Source: a virus (lineage: Duplodnaviria; Caudoviricetes). From it: DNA of 64,000 nt. Numbering within the stretch: position 1 is the stretch's first letter; every line of letters starts with the position of its first letter. Below, piece by piece: positions 57,085-64,000 of the stretch. The notes beneath the pieces are model-generated. The model was not told where the DNA came from and did not search any database. It saw nothing but the letters and a program-made list of their open reading frames with translations. The stretch is taken from positions 23,332-87,331 of IMG/VR virus record IMGVR_UViG_3300005805_000001. One strand, written 5' to 3'. A program made the translations under genes and the position numbers.

Positions 57085-57984
57085 ATGTCATTAACAGCTA
57101 TAAAAAACCTACTTAAAGGATTTGTAATATTTAAAAACAATGGTACAGCTGTTAATAGTGTTGACCGCAGAAATTTAAATATCATACCTGGTACAAATAT
57201 ATCCGTATCTGCTCTTGACAATTCAGGTTCTAATCAAGTTGATGTTACAATCAATGCAACAGGAGGTTCAGGCACGGTTACTTCAATAGCCACTAGCAGT
57301 CCAATCACAGGGGGTACAATTACTACCACTGGAACCATTGGAATAGGTGATGCCAAGGCAGACAGTTTGACCAAGGGTGCTTCTACTTTCAAGGATTCTG
57401 ATTTTGATGATAACGGTTCGGGTCTTATTAGTATTGATTACATTAATGGTCAAAAGGCTACTGCAATCACAAATGGCTTTGTAACTTCCACTGATTGGAA
57501 TACTTTCAACGGGAAGCAGGATTTACTCGTAAGCGGAACTAATATAAAGACTCTTAATGGTATTTCCATTCTTGGTAGCGGTGACCTTGATGCGGGATAT
57601 ACCCTATCTGTTCAAGCATTGACCTCATCTCCTGTGGATGGTCAGACCATATACTTTGGCAACTTGCCCAAGGCTCCTGTTACTACTGCTGCCATATCCA
57701 AGGTCTATATTCCTAGGTCAGGGGTTATTAAACGCGCTGAGATTTATTGCTACAGCGGAACTGCGGGAACAAACCAAGCTTGGAGTGGATATATTCGTTT
57801 GAATAATACAACCGATACTTTGATTGCCACTTTAAGTGTTGCAACAAGCGAAAGAGTATTCAGCAATTCATCATTAAACATTGCTGTTGTTGCTGGAGAC
57901 TACTTCGAGATTAAATTCATTAACCCGACATGGGCAACCAATCCGCTGACTACTATTTTTGGCGGTTATATTTATATAGATTAA
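57085..57984 (+). CDS. putative fibre protein
   Basis: GTVTSI...ITGGTITTTGTIG and KQDLLVSGTNIKT.NG.SILGSG fibre motifs. Confidence 0.55.
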   Translation: MSLTAIKNLLKGFVIFKNNGTAVNSVDRRNLNIIPGTNISVSALDNSGSNQVDVTINATGGSGTVTSIATSSPITGGTITTTGTIGIGDAKADSLTKGASTFKDSDFDDNGSGLISIDYINGQKATAITNGFVTSTDWNTFNGKQDLLVSGTNIKTLNGISILGSGDLDAGYTLSVQALTSSPVDGQTIYFGNLPKAPVTTAAISKVYIPRSGVIKRAEIYCYSGTAGTNQAWSGYIRLNNTTDTLIATLSVATSERVFSNSSLNIAVVAGDYFEIKFINPTWATNPLTTIFGGYIYID

Positions 57985-57985
57985 C

Positions 57986-58285
57986 ATGACACTTCAACAA
58001 AACCAAAGAGAGATAGTATCATTTGACATTTGGAAGGAAGGAGTTTTTCATCCTGTGAATGTTCTTAGATTATCAATGTACAGCGGCTATGACTTCATAG
58101 CTTCACCTGGCTCGGTCCATTACGATTTGATTCACCATGAGCAGGATGTTGATGGCAGCATCTATGAGGAGATTGTGGCTGATGGTAATGTTCCTTTGAC
58201 ATTCACCCTAGTAGCCAGTTGGGGCGCGGATGACCAGCCTATCTTTGATTATGTAGCACAGGAATTATCAATTACTTTAATATAA
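57986..58285 (+). CDS. hypothetical protein
   Basis: 99-aa ORF following the fibre gene, possibly a chaperone. Confidence 0.45.
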   Translation: MTLQQNQREIVSFDIWKEGVFHPVNVLRLSMYSGYDFIASPGSVHYDLIHHEQDVDGSIYEEIVADGNVPLTFTLVASWGADDQPIFDYVAQELSITLI

Positions 58286-58291
58286 ACAAAA

Positions 58292-58870
58292 ATGAAAACA
58301 AACAAATTCTTCTTACTAGCAACCTTTGCATTACTAATGCTGGGTTTTACAATCGTATCATGCGAAAAATCTGAAATTACTCCGACTGAGACTACATCAG
58401 GGGTATTGGACAAAAGAGGTGGTAACGGAGGTGGCGGAGGTGGTAACAACCCCAATAGCCCTAACTACAACCCATGCTCTTGGACATCCCAGTACACAAA
58501 CGCGACAGCTCCTGCTGAAGTTTGGGGTATAACAGTAGACACTACCGTATGTGGATTTGTGATATTACGTTGGCCACAGCAAGCAAAATTCTCTCCAGTT
58601 GACAGTTGTACTGCTGCCGGTGCTTATTATGTTGCTACAACACCTGTTGTTGGTACGTACAATACATCTTGTGCTGGAAATCTGACGTACAGTAATGCTT
58701 ATTATTACCAGTTAGGATCGGGTTGCTCCATGTGGCCTGATAAAGAATACCGCATACTGCTTTCCTATCTTGAGAGAGATACGGTTAATAAAGTATTAAG
58801 GTGGCATTACAGCGAAGTAGTACAGTTTAAAACTGGAACAAGGGCTACTTATTTAGGAACTTGTCCCTAA
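58292..58870 (+). CDS. predicted lipoprotein with an Fn3-like domain
   Basis: Signal peptide MKTNKFFLLATFALLMLGFTIVS-C, then EKSE, a Gly-rich linker, and C-terminal W......YRI...YSEVVQFKT. Confidence 0.65.
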   Translation: MKTNKFFLLATFALLMLGFTIVSCEKSEITPTETTSGVLDKRGGNGGGGGGNNPNSPNYNPCSWTSQYTNATAPAEVWGITVDTTVCGFVILRWPQQAKFSPVDSCTAAGAYYVATTPVVGTYNTSCAGNLTYSNAYYYQLGSGCSMWPDKEYRILLSYLERDTVNKVLRWHYSEVVQFKTGTRATYLGTCP

Positions 58871-58871
58871 A

Positions 58872-58936
58872 TGCTATAGGCAGTCTGCAAAATTTATACA
58901 TATCTATTGTTTGACGTATAATACGTTATAATTTTG
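58872..58936 (+). promoter_or_regulatory. putative capsid-operon promoter
   Basis: TGCTATAGG at 58872; TTG(58907)-N19-TAATTTTG(58929) matches the flavobacterial consensus; palindrome ACGTAT-A-ATACGT lies in the spacer. Confidence 0.65.
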
Positions 58937-58984
58937 CATATTACCATATTATGTGGAGAAAGCTAATCAAGAAAGGAAAATAAT

Positions 58985-60061
58985 ATGAGCACAAACAATG
59001 AAGTAAAACTGGATTTTTCCGCGCTGGATAAAATCACAGTACCAGAAGTAGACAGTATCGAAGACTTTGAAAACAAAGTAGATACGCAAGAAATCAAGGA
59101 AGACGTCCTTGATGAAATTGGTGAAGAACCAGATCCTATCGAGGATCTTGAGGATGACACCCATTTGAATGAACCTCCAGCAATGGAAGATTCTTCAAAT
59201 GAAACAGAAGAGTCTGATAGTGAACCACTTAGAGAATTAGCCAAGTGGGGACATGAGTTGGGAATCTTTGATTATGACGAAGAATCCTTTGAACCCTCTG
59301 AAGACTACTTCAAAGAAAAGTTCTTTGAAAAGGTTAAACAAGAAGCTTTACAAACCGTACCTGACGAGTTTAAGCAGATTATGAGTGCCTATATGCAAGG
59401 TGTTCCATTGGCTGAACTTTTAAACTCCAAGGCACGTGAAGAGTCTTTCGCCTCGCTTACCGATGATATTTTGGCTGAAGATGATTCATTACAGGAAAAC
59501 CTTGTAAAACAATGGCTTTCACTTCAAGATTATGAAGCAGATGAAATTGAAGAGAAAGTCGAGGCTTACAAGGAAGGATTGTTACTTGAAAAAGAGGCTA
59601 AGACGGCTTTGAAAAAGTTGAAAAAGTACGAAGGTGCTTATCAACAAAGACTTGCCGAACAAGCTGAAGTACAACGTCAGATGCAAATCCGCCAATATCA
59701 AGGCATGATGGAAGATCTGAAAAACACAATCCAAAGTACGGAAACCTTCATACCCGGTGTATCAATGGGTAACACGGAAAAAGAGAGGTTGTTTTCAGCT
59801 CTTACAAAACGTGACAGGGATGGACGTACTGAGCTTGAAAAGAAAATGGCTACCAAGGAAATGCAATTGGCAGTCGCCCAGTTTGTATTACAGCTTGAAG
59901 GAAAGGTTGACGCGGTTGAACGCAAGGCCTTGACCAAAGCTGCAAAACAGACAAAAGAAATAATAAACTCACCCGCTTCGTCTAACAAGAACAAATCGTC
60001 AGTGGATTTGTCCGTAATTAGGCAGGCACTTAAAAAATCAAAACAACAATACAAATTTTAA
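58985..60061 (+). CDS. putative capsid scaffolding protein
   Basis: Very acidic N-terminus and coiled coils, directly upstream of the MCP. Confidence 0.65.
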   Translation: MSTNNEVKLDFSALDKITVPEVDSIEDFENKVDTQEIKEDVLDEIGEEPDPIEDLEDDTHLNEPPAMEDSSNETEESDSEPLRELAKWGHELGIFDYDEESFEPSEDYFKEKFFEKVKQEALQTVPDEFKQIMSAYMQGVPLAELLNSKAREESFASLTDDILAEDDSLQENLVKQWLSLQDYEADEIEEKVEAYKEGLLLEKEAKTALKKLKKYEGAYQQRLAEQAEVQRQMQIRQYQGMMEDLKNTIQSTETFIPGVSMGNTEKERLFSALTKRDRDGRTELEKKMATKEMQLAVAQFVLQLEGKVDAVERKALTKAAKQTKEIINSPASSNKNKSSVDLSVIRQALKKSKQQYKF

Positions 60062-60077
60062 TCTTATCTTATAGAAA

Positions 60078-61523
60078 ATGAGCGCAACACAAAAACTAAA
60101 CAATGTTCAGGTTAGTTATGCCAAGTCTTGGGCAGGACTGACTACTGACAATCACCTATACGCCATTTATCAGAATGACGTGCAGCTTGCTTCTGACATT
60201 GTAACAGAAGTATTTAACCGCATGGGCTATATTGGCCTTGACTCTTTCCTTTCAAAATATCCTACCAAGACCTTCGACCATGATGGTGAATATGAGTGGA
60301 TGTTAAAAGGTGACAGTCGTCGTGCAATCACCATTGTAAGTTACAACGCAACTGATCTTGCCCGTCCAGGTGTGGCTAAAACCACTTTTGAACTGACCTT
60401 GACCGAGAAGTATTTCGTTGCTTCTGACTTTGTATCTTTTGATGATGTTGACCATGGTGTACGCATCGAAGATGACGGACGTCCTGATGGTACCAACTGG
60501 GTTTACACTGTACGCCACATGCGTGCTGATGCAAACTACTTTACTCCTAACGAACTTCTTCGTCCAGGCCGTAAGGTATCAAAGCTTTACAACGTAGTTA
60601 CAAACACCTTGAATGACCAATACGGTGAGACTCAGTTCTCTTCAATGTTCAAGATGCGTAACCAGTTCTCTACCCTTTCCAAGAAGTATGTGGTTCCTGG
60701 CAACATGCAGGATCGTCCCTTGTTGATCAAGATGACTGGTTCTGACGGTAAAGCCGCCACAGTATGGACCAAGTGGCAGGAAATGGAGTTCAACTTCCAA
60801 TGGCAGAAAGAGAAAGCCAATCAGTTGATGTACTCCACCTTGAACCAGAACACTGACGGTACTTTCACTCAGAAAGCCCCTAACGGTTTTGTGATCAAGC
60901 AAGGTGCAGGTCTTCGTGAGCAGATCTCTCCCACCTACAAATTCTATTATAACACCCTTACCCTTGACTATTTGTTGGAGGTAATGACAAACTTGTCCAT
61001 CAACATCCTTCCTGAAGATCAGCGTGAATTCTTGATCCTTACAGGTGAGCGTGGAATGATCAAATTCCATCAGTTGATCGAAGACAAGATTGGCGTGTTG
61101 ATTCCTTTTGGCGACGTTGAGCGTATCAAAGGTTCAGGACAGAACAAAGGACTGGGCGGACAATACAAGCAGTTCATGGGGCCACAGGGTATCAAGATCA
61201 CAATTGCCCACATGCCTCAGTACGATGATCCAGTATTGAACCGTATGGAGCACCCTGATGGTGGTTACACTGAGAACTATCGTATGACCATCTTCAACAT
61301 CGGTACCACCAATGGTGAGCCAAACATCCAGAAAGTTGCTCCTAAGGGACGCTCTGAAGTTAAATGGTATGTTCCTGGTTCAACCACTCCTTTCGGTCCT
61401 CAAAACGGCGGAATGGGTGCATCACCAGTTGATGGTTACGAAATGTATTGTCAAACTACCCAAGGTATCATGTTGCGCAACCCGCTTGCCGCAGCTGAAT
61501 TGATTCCTGACGTTCAGTATTAA
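60078..61523 (+). CDS. major capsid protein (crAss-like)
   Basis: 481 aa; WAGLTTDNHL N-terminus, EYEWML.G and LTGERG motifs, position after the scaffold. Confidence 0.85.
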   Translation: MSATQKLNNVQVSYAKSWAGLTTDNHLYAIYQNDVQLASDIVTEVFNRMGYIGLDSFLSKYPTKTFDHDGEYEWMLKGDSRRAITIVSYNATDLARPGVAKTTFELTLTEKYFVASDFVSFDDVDHGVRIEDDGRPDGTNWVYTVRHMRADANYFTPNELLRPGRKVSKLYNVVTNTLNDQYGETQFSSMFKMRNQFSTLSKKYVVPGNMQDRPLLIKMTGSDGKAATVWTKWQEMEFNFQWQKEKANQLMYSTLNQNTDGTFTQKAPNGFVIKQGAGLREQISPTYKFYYNTLTLDYLLEVMTNLSINILPEDQREFLILTGERGMIKFHQLIEDKIGVLIPFGDVERIKGSGQNKGLGGQYKQFMGPQGIKITIAHMPQYDDPVLNRMEHPDGGYTENYRMTIFNIGTTNGEPNIQKVAPKGRSEVKWYVPGSTTPFGPQNGGMGASPVDGYEMYCQTTQGIMLRNPLAAAELIPDVQY

Positions 61524-61549
61524 TCCTAAATCCTAAAGCTTAGAGGCGT

Positions 61550-62434
61550 ATGAAAAGTGTAGAAGAAAAAGTTAAAAAGGAAGAAACAACAATGAAGGAA
61601 AACATTCTTTCAAACATACGGGGAAAATGGTCCGTGAAGCCTTGTCGCAAGACCTGGCTTCACGCGATCAACCCTAATCACGACGGGGCTGACATCTTCA
61701 GTGGTGCTCAGATCTGGATCGGCGCTGCACGCAGTGTCACCAATCCTGACGTGGTTATTACAGGTATCTCCGAAGAAGAAAGACTTGCTTTCGAAGAAGC
61801 GATGTTTCTGCAGCCCGGCAGTTTGTCGCCATATAATTTGAAATTCTGGGCAAACAAAAACAATTACATCAAAGTCCCTAAACAGGGTCTTGAACTCGAT
61901 TGTGACAATAACGTAAAACACAAATTGTGGTACAAGGTTCTACTGGCTTCAAAACACGTAGCCAAGGGCAAAGAGGATCTGGCTTTGAATTCTTCCGCGG
62001 AGGTTCTGCTTACTTCCAAGGATCAGGAGGCAAAGTTCGATTCAGAAAAGATCAATACCAAGACCAAGGCTTACATTAAGTTTGGTTCCATGAGTTTGCA
62101 AGATAAATCAAACTACCTTAAGGTATTTGACGAAGGAGCATTCAAGGTTGACAGTACCACTAAACCTGATCTTATTGATCAGACAATCGGTAATCTCATT
62201 GAGCGTGACTCCGCGGCATTCCTTGCAACATTTGACAACCCGTTTTATAAGGACTATGTTCTTTTGGAAGACTTGCTCAGCAAGAGTATTGTCACCCGTA
62301 AAGGAGGAAAGTTCTTCATCAACGGAGGAGTTGAACTTGGAACAACCAAAGCCCAGGTCATCAGTGTCCTAAGATCTGATGATTTTCAGGATACCAAGAT
62401 AGGTTTAATCGCTAAATTAGAAGGAGCTAAGTAA
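61550..62434 (+). CDS. conserved crAss-like protein downstream of the MCP
   Basis: 294-aa ORF at the conserved post-MCP position. Confidence 0.55.
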   Translation: MKSVEEKVKKEETTMKENILSNIRGKWSVKPCRKTWLHAINPNHDGADIFSGAQIWIGAARSVTNPDVVITGISEEERLAFEEAMFLQPGSLSPYNLKFWANKNNYIKVPKQGLELDCDNNVKHKLWYKVLLASKHVAKGKEDLALNSSAEVLLTSKDQEAKFDSEKINTKTKAYIKFGSMSLQDKSNYLKVFDEGAFKVDSTTKPDLIDQTIGNLIERDSAAFLATFDNPFYKDYVLLEDLLSKSIVTRKGGKFFINGGVELGTTKAQVISVLRSDDFQDTKIGLIAKLEGAK

Positions 62435-63138
62435 TGCCCATTATCCCGGTCAGTGAGATGCACACGCGTTTCTTGCATCTGTTTGATAAACAGAGCAACT
62501 TCACGGCGCCCGAAATTACGCCGGAGGAGATAGATATTTATCTGAATATCGCACAGACGCATCTTCTCGATCATCTTTCACAAGAAGGGGTTGAAAAGAC
62601 ACAAGACTGGGCGGATATGACCAAGAACATCACAAAGTCATATTCAGTGGTTCCTTTTTCAAACAGTACCAACAAACCTAACGGTTCCTATGTAACATTA
62701 CCCGCTGATTACCGTCTTGCATTGCTTGAACAGGTTACAGTGAATTTCATAGGTTGTAACAATGTTATAGAAACTGACAGGATTCCCGTGACTCCGGTTA
62801 CAAGGGATAAGTACAACAAGGCGATTTATGATCCTTTCAACAAACCATGGAAGGAAGAGGTTCTAAGGTTGTCAAATGACAATAACCGGTTTGAACTGAT
62901 TCTTGCCCCTGGAATGACACCAGTAATGTATCATTTGGATTACATGTCACAACCTCCCACCATTCAATACGGTAGTCAATATAGTATTCCACCGCCTCCT
63001 CCCACTGACGTTGATTGTGCGTTGGAAACCAAGGCTGCCGAACAAGTGATTTACATAGCTGTAAATAAGGCCTTGCAGACACTTGGAGACGCGAGATTGT
63101 CATACATTCAATATGATCCTTTAATCAAATCAATTTAA
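62434..63138 (+). CDS. putative head-tail connector/ring protein
   Basis: EMH..F...FDK..NF..PE..PEEID.YLN.AQ pattern typical of crAss-like ring proteins. Confidence 0.6.
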   Translation: MPIIPVSEMHTRFLHLFDKQSNFTAPEITPEEIDIYLNIAQTHLLDHLSQEGVEKTQDWADMTKNITKSYSVVPFSNSTNKPNGSYVTLPADYRLALLEQVTVNFIGCNNVIETDRIPVTPVTRDKYNKAIYDPFNKPWKEEVLRLSNDNNRFELILAPGMTPVMYHLDYMSQPPTIQYGSQYSIPPPPPTDVDCALETKAAEQVIYIAVNKALQTLGDARLSYIQYDPLIKSI

Positions 63139-63172
63139 TAATCAAACAACACTTTAAAAATCAAATAAAAAA

Positions 63173-64000
63173 ATGAGCGTACTTAGCGTAAAAAACCTAC
63201 AAGAGGTACTGGTTGGTAAGAATATCGGCCGTACTGCAAGTGTACAGATCACTGATCCTACCAATGCAACTACTTATATTGCTGATGGTGAGATCGTGGT
63301 ACTGAACAGTGCCGGGGCAATTTATGACTCTGCAACAATGAGTTATTCAACTTCCCCTTATATCCAGATTGCACAAAGAAGCGGAAACAACGTAATTGTA
63401 TCCAACAAGATCTATGGTAACAAACTCTTTACTTACACTGGCCAAGGCGCCGATGCACAAGGTACTGAGCAGATCACACACATTGGTTACAATGGAACAA
63501 CTGGTTCTTTGGACACTTCTGGAGACAATGATTTCTATTTGACCATCACTCCTAACCAGGATGACATGCAATGGTCAGAGCAGAAGCAAAAGAATGTAAC
63601 CTTGGCTACAAAGGCTTCAGTTGGCACTAGTCAACTTGTTCTTGCAAAAGCCATTGTTGCAAACGTAATGAAGAAATACATGATTGACGGTATTCCTGTT
63701 ACAGCTGCAATGTTGAACAGTGGTGCTGCTGTAGCATTTACAACTGCTACTACAGCTGCTGTGACACATGGTTCTAACGTAGTAGTTTGGACTACAGCTT
63801 CTCCTGCTAACGTAGGATTTGGAGCAGGTTCATTAATTCGTTTAGGTGCTACAGGTTCAGGACGTGGTGTCACAGTTCCTGTTTACACTGTAAAAGAAGC
63901 ACATCCTACTATTCCTTTTGGTTGGATCCTTGATCAACCTTATGCAGGTCCTTCTAATTCTGCTTTACCAGTAGCTGATCAAGGATTTGTAACTGCAGGT
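63173..64000 (+). CDS. putative auxiliary capsid/structural protein, 3'-truncated by the window edge
   Basis: Translated by hand from ATG 63173 (MSVLSVKNLQEVLVGKN...); no + ORF here in the supplied track. I read about the first 50 codons directly and infer that it runs to the window end. Confidence 0.55.
   Translation, partial: MSVLSVKNLQEVLVGKNIGRTASVQITDPTNATTYIADGEIVVLNSAGAIYDSATMSYSTSPYIQIAQRSGNNVIVSNKIYGNKLFTYTGQGADAQGTEQITHIGYNGTTGSLDTSGDNDFYLTITPNQDDMQWSEQKQKNVTLATKASVGTSQLVLAKAIVANVMKKYMIDGIPVTAAMLNSGAAVAFTTATTAAVTHGSNVVVWTTASPANVGFGAGSLIRLGATGSGRGVTVPVYTVKEAHPTIPFGWILDQPYAGPSNSALPVADQGFVTAG

Noticed and set aside
1-64000. Stop-codon reassignment as seen in some Crassvirales
   Set aside because: Very long genes (vRNAP, portal, polA, TerL) are intact under the standard code, and no suppressor tRNA was seen.
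1-64000. Diversity-generating retroelement or retron
   Set aside because: No reverse transcriptase, and no template/variable repeat pair differing at adenines was seen.

Overview
This window is about 64 kb of a crAss-like (Crassvirales-type) dsDNA phage genome. The host is most likely a Bacteroidota species, judged from TAnnTTTG promoters, A-rich translation starts and a Bacteroidota-type lipoprotein. It uses the standard genetic code and has three co-oriented blocks. (1) 1-19543 (+): virion ejection proteins, including a 4296-aa virion RNA polymerase with the DFDVD catalytic motif and an HEXXH motif. (2) 19564-45552 (-): replication and early genes, including a sigma-like factor, PD-(D/E)XK nucleases, primase, SSB, single-strand annealing protein, DnaB-like and SF2 helicases, rIIA/rIIB, family A DNA polymerase, M15 peptidase, macrodomain-like protein, SPL-like radical SAM enzyme and many small ORFs. 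(3) 46102-64000 (+): IHF-like, GroES-like and ferritin-like genes, terminase, portal, accessory structural genes, scaffold, major capsid and further head genes. The feature least explained by ordinary annotation is at 43188-44726. It is an array of five long-range hairpins that share a conserved, covarying 18-21-bp closing stem with one bulged base and enclose unrelated structured 39-101-nt cargo. Wobble pairs favour folding of the minus (sense) strand. Other notable features are two tandem tRNA-like genes with abnormal anticodon arms, a TGCTATAGG motif in front of three late transcription units, and AT-rich in-frame modules inside the RNA polymerase gene. All protein calls come from motif recognition by eye, without database searches.
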